From contig JANQEO010000039.1 of assembly GCA_028278325.1 (NCBI GenBank), forward strand, positions 52,255 to 116,254: a stretch of 64,000 bases of DNA, read 5' to 3'. Below the pieces are notes generated by a model that did no database searches, was not told the origin of the DNA, and worked only from the letters and a program-made list of their open reading frames with translations. The DNA is from Candidatus Binatia bacterium. Its GTDB lineage: Bacteria > Desulfobacterota > Binatia > UBA1149 > JAJCZL01. Position numbers and translations under genes: made by a program. Below are positions 18,387 to 26,461 of the stretch, one piece after another (the stretch's first letter is position 1; each line of letters opens with the position of its first letter).

Positions 18387-19714
18387 AGTCGCTCGAGCAA
18401 TAGACGCCGTTCCTTGGTCATCGGCTCCGGCCGCTTGTATATCGGCAGGTAGTGCCGGATGTCCTCGCCGAGATAGAGTTGACGCGGACGTGTGATCTTC
18501 TGCTCTTCGTCGGTGACCATCTCCGACCACTGAGCCAGCCACCCCGACGTGCGTCCGATGGCGAATAGCACCGGGAACATCGAGACCGGGAAACCCATGG
18601 CCTGGTAGATGATGCCCGAGTAGAAGTCGACGTTGGGATACAGCTTGCGCTCGATGAAGTAGTCGTCACCGAGCGCTATCCTTTCGAGTTCCTTGGCGAT
18701 GTCGATGAGGGGATTCTTACCTGTCTCTTCGAAAACGTCGTGGGCTATCTCTTGGATGATCCGTGCGCGCGGGTCGTAGTTCTTGTAGATGCGGTGGCCG
18801 AAGCCCATCAACTTGGCTTCGCCTTTTTTCACTCCCTCGATGAACTCGGGGATCCGGTCTACCGACTGGATCTCGTTGAGCATGTTGATGACGGCTTCGT
18901 TGGCTCCGCCGTGCAACGGTCCGTAAAGGGCCGCGGTCGCCGAGGCTATGGCGGAGTATGGGTCGACCTGTGAGCTTCCGACCGCCCTGGCGGCGTTGGC
19001 CGAGCAGTTCTGCTCATGGTCGGCGTGAAGGATGAACAGCACGTCGAGGGCGCGTTCGAAGGCCGGCTTGGGCTGGAACTTCTGCTCGGTCATCTTGAAC
19101 ATCATCGACAGGAAGTTGCCGGCATAACTCAGATCATTGTCCGGCAGCACATAGGGCAGGCCGAGGCTGTGACGGTAAGCCAGAGCCGCCAAGGTCGGCA
19201 TCTTGCCGAGCAAACGCCGCGCCTGGAGACGCCGGGACTCCACGTCGAAGATCTCTTTTGCGTCGGGATAAAAGGTCGACAGCGCCGCACAGGTACTTAC
19301 GAGCATGCCCATGGGATGAGCATCGTAGCGGAACCCGTCCATGAACTTCTCGATGTTCTGATGCACCATGGTGTGCATGGTGATGTTGTAGGACCAATCG
19401 TTGAGGTGTTGTTCGTCGGGCAGTTCGCCTTTCACGATGAGATAGGCGGTTTCCATGTAGGAGCTGTGCTCGGCCAGTTCCTCTATCGGGTAGCCTCGGT
19501 AGCGCAGGATTCCTTTGTCTCCGTCGATGTAAGTGACACTGCTCTTACAGGAAGCCGTGTTGAGTAGAGAAGGATCGTAGACGAGTAGTCCGAAATCGTC
19601 ATCGGAGATCTTCATCTGACGGAAGTCCATCGCACGGATACTGCCGTCGGCGATGTCCAACTCGAAAGTCTTGCCGGTTCGGTTGTCGGTTACAGTCAAC
19701 GTGTCTTTAGCCAT
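18383..19714 (-). CDS. gltA: citrate synthase (type II)
   Basis: The N-terminus MAKDTLTVTDNRTGKTFELDI..GILRYRGYPIEELA, plus LHADHEQNCS and GFGHRIYKNYDPRA, are canonical citrate synthase motifs. Confidence 0.95.
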   Translation of the reverse strand: MAKDTLTVTDNRTGKTFELDIADGSIRAMDFRQMKISDDDFGLLVYDPSLLNTASCKSSVTYIDGDKGILRYRGYPIEELAEHSSYMETAYLIVKGELPDEQHLNDWSYNITMHTMVHQNIEKFMDGFRYDAHPMGMLVSTCAALSTFYPDAKEIFDVESRRLQARRLLGKMPTLAALAYRHSLGLPYVLPDNDLSYAGNFLSMMFKMTEQKFQPKPAFERALDVLFILHADHEQNCSANAARAVGSSQVDPYSAIASATAALYGPLHGGANEAVINMLNEIQSVDRIPEFIEGVKKGEAKLMGFGHRIYKNYDPRARIIQEIAHDVFEETGKNPLIDIAKELERIALGDDYFIERKLYPNVDFYSGIIYQAMGFPVSMFPVLFAIGRTSGWLAQWSEMVTDEEQKITRPRQLYLGEDIRHYLPIYKRPEPMTKERRLLLERL

Positions 19715-19823
19715 GTTGCGATTCCTTTCTCGTCCGTCTTTTTGGTGTTGACGGCAACGTTATCAAAAGCAGGAGCAAAGTCACGGTGGCCCGAAGCCGC
19801 GCTGCGGCACGACGCCGGCGTGC

Positions 19824-20531
19824 TTATGCGTCTTCGAGGTCTTGGGTGCGGAGGGATACGCCGCGGGCGAACAACTCCACCAGCGCGTCGGCGTAAGCGT
19901 TGATTGCTTCTTCGGGCGGGTCGAGTCGGCCATGGTAGAGACGCTTGCGCAGAGGCTCGCAGTCGAAATACACGGAAGCCGCACCGAGGAATGCGAACAT
20001 CAAGTGGTCGGGCCTTATCGGTTTCAACAGCTCGACATCCTGGGCTGCCCGGCAAAGACGTTCACAGCGTTCGTATATCAGCCGGAAGTGTTCTTCTACG
20101 AGCCAGTCGAGGCGCGGCGTGTCGAAGGCGGGCTCGGTAAGCATGAGACGCGAGAACTCTCTGTTCTCGGCAATGAACCCGACCACATGTCTGGCCAGGA
20201 TGCGTAGCACTACAAGCGCGTCGAACTCTGAGGATTCCTCGAGCGAGCGCGTGACCCTTTCGCCGAGCTGAGTGAAAGCTCGAGCAGCGACGGCTTTCCA
20301 CAGAGCCGACTTGGATCCGAAGTGGTAGTGGATGAGGGGCTGCGTTACCCCTACGCGCCTGGCGATCGACGCGGTAGTCGCCCCTTCGTATCCGTAGGCT
20401 GCAAATTCGGAGAGGGCGGCGTCGAGTATGCGCTCTTTCGAGATGTCGGCGGAGCGGCGCGTCCGGCCGGCCTCGCGCTGTCCCTGCTCACTCCCAGCGG
20501 CGGGCTGTTCCAATGCGGCTTCTTTGGGCAT
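19824..20531 (-). CDS. TetR/AcrR family transcriptional regulator
   Basis: HTH region ILDAALSEFAAYGYEGATTASIARRVGVTQPLIHYHFGSK. It sits between the beta-propeller gene and gltA, all on the same strand. Confidence 0.85.
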   Translation of the reverse strand: MPKEAALEQPAAGSEQGQREAGRTRRSADISKERILDAALSEFAAYGYEGATTASIARRVGVTQPLIHYHFGSKSALWKAVAARAFTQLGERVTRSLEESSEFDALVVLRILARHVVGFIAENREFSRLMLTEPAFDTPRLDWLVEEHFRLIYERCERLCRAAQDVELLKPIRPDHLMFAFLGAASVYFDCEPLRKRLYHGRLDPPEEAINAYADALVELFARGVSLRTQDLEDA

Positions 20532-20629
20532 TTGTCCGGAGCCCTCGTTGTCCCCTCGGCTCCGTGGCGGGTACTTCTAATGCCTTTGCCAGAGGCAAGT
20601 CAAAGACGCGTCGCGCAAGGCTCCGGGGC

Positions 20630-21745
20630 TCACGGGGTCTCCAGGCTGACGATGCCGACGCGGTCGTCGAAGACACTGGCCAGGTAGATTCTTCCTCCGG
20701 CTTCCAAAGCCGTCGACACCGCGCCGACTTCTTCTCCGTCGTGCTCTATCAAGTCATGTACAGCAAGGGTGCGCGGGTCGATCTCTACGACCTTCCACCC
20801 GGCCTTGCACGGGCTGCGTCCGAAGAAGCAAAGCGCATAGGCCAAAGGCTCAGTGTGGGTGGTCGCCAGCAAGGTACCGCGACTTGTCCAGCCCAGGCCG
20901 TCGGGGTTTCCGCCGATGTCGACGCTCACCGGTGTCTGGCTGGAATCCAGGGGGACGCGATAGAGAAGGCCGGTACCGGTTTCGGTGTAGAGCAGCATAC
21001 GGCCGTCGCGGGTGACCGCCACGCCGTTGGCCATCGCCGATTCGGTGCCTTGCATATGTCGCCACCCCGAGTCTCCATCCCACGTCATTATGTCACCGGT
21101 AGGCTCGCCCAGTAGCGTGGCCCTGATCATGTTCATGAGCGACGGGTCGGGCTGGAAGTTCGACACCACCAGCGTTCCGTCCGGAGCCACGGCGATATCG
21201 TTGGCCTGGAACTCACCTTGTGTGGGGATGCAGGCTTTCCAGGCAAGCTTCGGGTCGGACTCGAGGCCGCTCAGCTCGAAGACCTCGATGGCTTCCCGGC
21301 CGCCCCCTTCGCCTTTGTGGGCGGCAACGTAGACCAACACGCGGCCGTCGCGGGTCGTGGACGTGAGGCCGTGGGGGTAGAAGCCACCTCGGTTGGGAGG
21401 CGCGGTGCAGCCGGAGTCGCCGAGCCCGGGTTCAGGTGAGAAGTCGCCCGGGCCCCCCACGGGCCAGATCGTCCTGACCTTCGAGCTGCCCGGGCGAAAC
21501 AGGGACAGGTAGCCTCCGCCGGCCAGGCTGCCGTCGAAGCGGTAGTTGGATACGAGGACCAGGCCGGCCTCGGACACGAACTCGATGTCCTCGGGGTGGT
21601 CGAAGCCGCAGAGGGCGCCTATGGGGCCCTCTGCGGAGCAGGGAGGCCGCTGCTTGCCTCCGGTTCCTGCTAAGCCACATCCTGTAGCTCCCCACCAGCC
21701 CAGGACCGTGGTGGCCACGATCAGCCCTGCTAGCGCCGACTTCAT
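20630..21745 (-). CDS. secreted beta-propeller protein, SMP-30/gluconolactonase/PON/strictosidine-synthase-like
   Basis: Signal or lipoprotein N-terminus (LGWWGATGC). Repeated beta-strand blades. It is a clear paralogue of 56658..57803, with shared blocks LCGFDHPEDIEFV / VCGFENPADVESV and ..VFDDRVGIV / ..AYDDRIGIW. Confidence 0.6.
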   Translation of the reverse strand: MKSALAGLIVATTVLGWWGATGCGLAGTGGKQRPPCSAEGPIGALCGFDHPEDIEFVSEAGLVLVSNYRFDGSLAGGGYLSLFRPGSSKVRTIWPVGGPGDFSPEPGLGDSGCTAPPNRGGFYPHGLTSTTRDGRVLVYVAAHKGEGGGREAIEVFELSGLESDPKLAWKACIPTQGEFQANDIAVAPDGTLVVSNFQPDPSLMNMIRATLLGEPTGDIMTWDGDSGWRHMQGTESAMANGVAVTRDGRMLLYTETGTGLLYRVPLDSSQTPVSVDIGGNPDGLGWTSRGTLLATTHTEPLAYALCFFGRSPCKAGWKVVEIDPRTLAVHDLIEHDGEEVGAVSTALEAGGRIYLASVFDDRVGIVSLETP

Positions 21746-21966
21746 GGTCCAACCTTCGCCATGAAGCGCAGCCTTTTCAAGGTGAGCCCGCCCGCCGCGG
21801 CCACCATCGTCGGCCCGCGGTTAAAATCTCATCCCGCCCACCCGATAGGGTGGCAAGGGCTATTTTTGCAGCCCTTGATATCGGGCTAAGTTTGGAGGTG
21901 CGGCCCCACCATCAAGAGCTCCCGCAGGAGTTCCTGAAGGCTCGGCCGTTTGCCGGCGTTTTATAT

Positions 21967-23421
21967 ATGAGAATGATCCGAACCGCTGTGGCTGCAGCCA
22001 CTGTGTCTTTGTGCTTTGCGGCAACCGACGCCCGGGCGGACCAGCCGGTTTTCGACGCTTCCTTCGTTCTCAGCGGTCATGGTGAACTGGTCACCACCCA
22101 AGACGATGTGGCGCCCCGGGTGGCGGCCGCGGGCGGAGTCATGATCGCGGCCTGGCACGCGTCTCCAAAGGAGAAGGTCGTGCGCGCCGACAACGATGTA
22201 TTCATCTCGCGGTCGGATGACGGCGGGCGGACCTGGTCCGACCCGGTTCAGTGGCCCGACAGAAGCAACGGCGGCCACGGCGACAGCAGGTTCCCCTCGG
22301 TGGCGACCGACGGCGATGGGACGTGGGTCGTGGTATGGCAGTCCACCGACAGCCTCGGCGGGCGAACCAGGACCGACGAAGACATACTGTTCGTTCGATC
22401 GGTCGACGGAGGCGTGACCTGGTCCCAGCCTGCTCCCGTCGGCATGCATCCCACTCGTGATTGGGGCGCCGACATTCGTCCGAAGATCGCCAGCGACGGC
22501 GACGATGCCTGGGTGGTCGTATGGAGCTCGCGCGATCCCCTTAACAACTCTCTCGGCGGCGATGCCGACATTCTTTATTCCCGTTCCCTCGACGACGGCG
22601 CCACATGGTCGGATGCTGCGGCCATACACGACGATGCCCTCACGGATGCGGGCTTCGATCTTGATCCTTCAGTTACCAGCGGCGCGGCGGCTGGTCACTG
22701 GCATGTGGCGTGGTCTTCCAACTCGGCCCTCAGTGGCGGCATTAAGGCCGACACCGATATTCATCTGGTATCTTCAGTCAACAACGGTGCAACCTGGACC
22801 TCGCCGGTGGCGCTCAACGACAGCGCCGAAGAAGACCTCGGCGACGACACCCAGCCCCAGATCGGAGGGCGGCGTGGCGGCGAGTTGATAGCCGTGTGGA
22901 CGTCGGGAGGCACTTTCGGCGGATCCACAGGCATGGACCGCGACGTCGTGGCTGCCCGGTCGGTGGACTTGGGCAAGACCTGGACCGTCCCCAAACCGCT
23001 GAGCACCTACGAGGCAGGCGACATCCATCACGACGCCGCACCTCAGCTGATAGCGTGGGGGCAGAAAGACTGGTTCGTGGCCTGGCATTCCTGGAACGGG
23101 TTGTTGTCGGAGGTGGCAGGAACCATCCCCGAGACCGGCTCGGCCCGCGACCTTCACACCGGCAAGGTCGACGGTGATACCGACATTTTTCTGGCTCGCT
23201 CAGCCGATGGCGGGGTCTCGTGGACCGCACCGGTGGCGGTGGATCGTGCTGCCGGGCGGGACCTGGGCGAAGACCTCTATCCCCACCTTGCAGCTACCGA
23301 TTCCGGTGCCCTGCTCGTGGTCTGGCAGGCCATCAACCGGGAAGGCCGTTTGAAGCGCATCGATCGCGACATCGTTGCCTCGATGGGTGCCTGGCCCGCC
23401 GCTCCCGACGGGTCGCGCTGA
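21967..23421 (+). CDS. secreted BNR/Asp-box repeat protein (sialidase-like beta-propeller)
   Basis: I chose ATG 21967, which gives the signal peptide MRMIRTAVAAATVSLCFAATDARA. Six Asp-boxes are present: SRSDDGGRTWS, VRSVDGGVTWS, SRSLDDGATWS, SSVNNGATWT, ARSVDLGKTWT and ARSADGGVSWT. Confidence 0.8.
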   Translation: MRMIRTAVAAATVSLCFAATDARADQPVFDASFVLSGHGELVTTQDDVAPRVAAAGGVMIAAWHASPKEKVVRADNDVFISRSDDGGRTWSDPVQWPDRSNGGHGDSRFPSVATDGDGTWVVVWQSTDSLGGRTRTDEDILFVRSVDGGVTWSQPAPVGMHPTRDWGADIRPKIASDGDDAWVVVWSSRDPLNNSLGGDADILYSRSLDDGATWSDAAAIHDDALTDAGFDLDPSVTSGAAAGHWHVAWSSNSALSGGIKADTDIHLVSSVNNGATWTSPVALNDSAEEDLGDDTQPQIGGRRGGELIAVWTSGGTFGGSTGMDRDVVAARSVDLGKTWTVPKPLSTYEAGDIHHDAAPQLIAWGQKDWFVAWHSWNGLLSEVAGTIPETGSARDLHTGKVDGDTDIFLARSADGGVSWTAPVAVDRAAGRDLGEDLYPHLAATDSGALLVVWQAINREGRLKRIDRDIVASMGAWPAAPDGSR

Positions 23422-23539
23422 TCGAGCTTTTCATCGGCTTTGGACTCTGACCCGCCGCGTGTGATTTGGCTGAGGGTCCAAGCTATGGTTTGAATGCTGC
23501 CCCAGCGTTGATGCGAAGAGAGGTGAAAGAATAGCCGCG

Positions 23540-24559
23540 ATGAGGCAGCACGCATTCTCCCTGCGCATGCACCTGACGGAGCTGCGAGGGTCCGGTCAGC
23601 TCGACCGGGAATTGGCCGACATCATCCTCGACCTGGTTTCCGCAGCCAAGATAATCTCCTGCGAGGTAAACCACGCCGGACTGATCGACATTCAAGGAAT
23701 CGCCGGAGTCACGAACGTACACGGCGAGGACGTCCAGAAGCTCGACATCTACTCCAACGATCTGCTGGTCAGCATCCTGCGTCAGACCGGTAGCGCTTGC
23801 GGGATCGCCTCGGAGGAGTCCGAGGACATGATCGCGCCTTCGACGGCCGGCCATAGCAGCAACTACATCATCTTCTTCGACCCTTTGGACGGGTCGTCCA
23901 ACATCGATGTCAACATCAGCATCGGAACCATCTTCTCGGTGTACCGGCGCGTGTCCCAGTCCGGCCCGGCCCAGCTGGACGACTTCCTGCGCAAGGGAAG
24001 CCACCAAGTCGCCGCGGGGTACTTCGTCTACGGCTCGAGCACCATGCTGGTCCTCACCACCGGCAAGGGCGTCACAGGCTTCACTCTCGACCAGACCTCA
24101 GGGCAGTTCCTGAGGTCTCATACCGAGATCCGCGTTCCCGAGCGCGGCAAGATCTACAGTTGCAACGAGGGCAACGCGGCCAAGTGGGACGAGGGCACTA
24201 AGCAATACGTGCAGTCTCTCAAGACCGCCCAGCCCGACGGCCGAGGCTCGTATTCGGCCCGCTATGTGGGCTCTCTGGTCGCCGACTTTCATCGAAACCT
24301 CTTGAAGGGCGGCATATTCCTGTACCCCGGCGACTACAGCGACGCTTCCAAGCCGCCCAAAGGCAAGTTGCGTCTCATGTACGAGGCCAACCCGATGTCG
24401 ATGATCGTGGAAGCGGCCGGTGGCGCCGCCACCGATGGGCGCACGCGCATTCTCGACATACAGGCCGAAGACATCCATCACCGGGTTCCTCTCATCATCG
24501 GCAGCGCCGCCGATGTCGCCGATTACGAGGCCTATGTGGCCGCGGGCGGCCGTCCGTAA
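23540..24559 (+). CDS. fbp: fructose-1,6-bisphosphatase class 1
   Basis: Colinear by eye with E. coli Fbp (IIFFDPLDGSSNIDVNISIGTIFSVY, GKLRLMYEANPMSMIVEAAGG). Confidence 0.95.
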   Translation: MRQHAFSLRMHLTELRGSGQLDRELADIILDLVSAAKIISCEVNHAGLIDIQGIAGVTNVHGEDVQKLDIYSNDLLVSILRQTGSACGIASEESEDMIAPSTAGHSSNYIIFFDPLDGSSNIDVNISIGTIFSVYRRVSQSGPAQLDDFLRKGSHQVAAGYFVYGSSTMLVLTTGKGVTGFTLDQTSGQFLRSHTEIRVPERGKIYSCNEGNAAKWDEGTKQYVQSLKTAQPDGRGSYSARYVGSLVADFHRNLLKGGIFLYPGDYSDASKPPKGKLRLMYEANPMSMIVEAAGGAATDGRTRILDIQAEDIHHRVPLIIGSAADVADYEAYVAAGGRP

Positions 24560-24699
24560 CACCCGTCACCCGGTTGACTACGCGCGCATTAGGTTCCGCA
24601 TGTATTCCTATAACGTACTTGTTTGTTCTTAGTGCGCGCGCCTTGATTCAGCGTAGCTGAAGCGGGATTTGGCTCAGCGTTTGCACACCACGACCCACG

Positions 24700-26460
24700 A
24701 TGGGTCCGGTGCGCGTCATTCGAAACGGGATGCTGGCTCTGACAGCCGCGGCGCTGTTGGCTTTGCCCGAGCCGGCGGCAGCTCAGTACGACTGTACGGT
24801 CACGTTCTCCCTCGACGACGCCGTGACTCTCGGAGCCTTGTCGGTCGATGTGGATTATGACGAGGCGATAATAGACTTCGACGGCAGCGGCGCATCCGTG
24901 GTCTGTGCCGGCCTAAACCCCTCCGCCTTGGGCACTTTCAACGAGGACGAGGGCACGGGAGTGCTCAGCCAAGGCTATCTGGCGCCGGCCGGTGTAACAG
25001 GGCCCACGGACCTGGCCGCCTGCGATTTCGTTTCTACGTTGCCGCCGGTGCCAGGGGACTTCCCCGCGACGGTAACCAGCGCAACCGATCCTTTCCTGTC
25101 GCCGGTCAATCCTCTGCCTACGGTTTCCGTGACCGATATCTCCTGCACGGGTGGCCCGACCACGACAACGTCTTCGACGACCACGACCACCCTGGGGCCG
25201 GGATCCACCACCACGACCAGCACCACGACGACCACGACTCTGCCGTCGAACTACTGTGACGTCACCATTGTCTTGCTCCTGCCTTCACCACCGATAACCC
25301 TTGCCGCTCTTCAGTTCGACGTTGACTACAGCGGAGCGGGCGGACAGATCGAAGGCACCGGCAGCAATCCGTCATGCGCTTCGTTGATCGGCGGCGTGCT
25401 CGCGACCTTCTCGGACAACGACGCGGGTGAAGTGCTCTCTGGGGCCTACGTCAGCTTGAGCGGTATCGCATCGCCCAACTTCATCGCCCAGTGCGGTTTC
25501 CTCTACGACACCGTTCCGCCGGGCATAAACGATTTCACCGTCACCGTCACCGATGCGACGGCGACGAACCCGGCCGACAATCCGGTTACGACTCTCATGA
25601 GGGTCTCCAGCGTCGACTGCGTCGGCGCTACCACTACGACAACCACGACTTCCACCACGACCTCCACCACGACTACGTCGACCAGCACGACCACGACGAC
25701 CGTGCCCGTTTGCGGAGACGGCATCATGCAGTCGGGTGAAGAGTGCGACGACGGAGTGGCCAACTCCGACACCATCGCGAACGCCTGCAGAACCGACTGC
25801 GCGTTGCCCTGGTGCGGCGACGACGTGGTCGACACCGGCGAGGAGTGCGACGACGGTAGCTCCAACAGCGATGCGGCGCCGACCGCGTGCAGGCTCGACT
25901 GCACCGAGCCCGCTATGTGCGGAGACGCCGACGACAACGGCTCCGTCACCGCGGGCGATGCCCTCAGGGTTTTGAGGGCCGCAGTAGGAATTCCGGAGAT
26001 CTGTGAGTACTCACGCTGCGATTCGAACGGTGACGGGTCGCTTAGCGCCAGCGATGCGCAGAGCATTCTGCAGTCGGCCGTAGGTCAGTCCATCGTGCTC
26101 GACTGCTCCCTCGACGTCATGTTGAGGCTCGACGATGCCGTCACCCTCGGCCAGCTGGATCTGTCAGTGGACTACTCGGCTACCGGCGATACCTTCGTCG
26201 GCGAGGCGACTGCGGCGAGCTGCGCGGTGGTGATAGGTGGCGGAGTCGTGGCGACCTTCGACAACGACACCCAGGCGGAGTCCTTGAGTGTAAGCCTGAG
26301 TTCTGCGGGCACCTTCTCCGGCCCATTCAACCTGGCCGAATGCGATTTCTTCCACCGCGTGGCGACACCGAACCCCGGTGATTTCGTGATACAGGTCGTC
26401 GGTGCCCAGGACGGCGGCGGGTCTCCCGTCGCGCCGCCCAGCGTGTCGGTCAACTACTAA
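24700..26460 (+). CDS. secreted mosaic protein: 3 cohesin-like domains, 2 Thr-rich linkers, 2 ECDDG Cys-rich repeats, one two-segment dockerin-like module
   Basis: Signal peptide (ALLALPEPAAAQ). Three ~120-aa paralogous domains start at about 24787, 25252 and 26101, each with D(D)AVTLGxLxxxVDY and ..CDF.. blocks. The Cys-rich repeats are CGDGIMQSGEECDDG and CGDDVVDTGEECDDG. The dockerin-like module is GDADDNGSVTAGDALRVLRAAVG plus CDSNGDGSLSASDAQSILQSAVG. Confidence 0.8.
   Translation: MGPVRVIRNGMLALTAAALLALPEPAAAQYDCTVTFSLDDAVTLGALSVDVDYDEAIIDFDGSGASVVCAGLNPSALGTFNEDEGTGVLSQGYLAPAGVTGPTDLAACDFVSTLPPVPGDFPATVTSATDPFLSPVNPLPTVSVTDISCTGGPTTTTSSTTTTTLGPGSTTTTSTTTTTTLPSNYCDVTIVLLLPSPPITLAALQFDVDYSGAGGQIEGTGSNPSCASLIGGVLATFSDNDAGEVLSGAYVSLSGIASPNFIAQCGFLYDTVPPGINDFTVTVTDATATNPADNPVTTLMRVSSVDCVGATTTTTTTSTTTSTTTTSTSTTTTTVPVCGDGIMQSGEECDDGVANSDTIANACRTDCALPWCGDDVVDTGEECDDGSSNSDAAPTACRLDCTEPAMCGDADDNGSVTAGDALRVLRAAVGIPEICEYSRCDSNGDGSLSASDAQSILQSAVGQSIVLDCSLDVMLRLDDAVTLGQLDLSVDYSATGDTFVGEATAASCAVVIGGGVVATFDNDTQAESLSVSLSSAGTFSGPFNLAECDFFHRVATPNPGDFVIQVVGAQDGGGSPVAPPSVSVNY
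25159..25239 (+). repeat. Thr/Ser-rich linker coding low-complexity tract (linker 1 of cohesin/dockerin protein)
   Basis: Run of ACN/TCN codons encoding TTTTSSTTTTTLGPGSTTTTSTTTTTT. Confidence 0.9.
25630..25701 (+). repeat. Thr/Ser-rich linker coding low-complexity tract (linker 2)
   Basis: Encodes TTTTTTTSTTTSTTTTSTSTTTTT. Confidence 0.9.
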
Positions 26461-26461
26461 T

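Noticed and set aside
19714-19824. TTGACGGCAACGTTATCAA between the TetR gene and gltA as a palindromic operator.
   Set aside because: Only the outer TTGA/TCAA tetranucleotides are symmetric and the inner positions do not pair. That is insufficient to call an operator.
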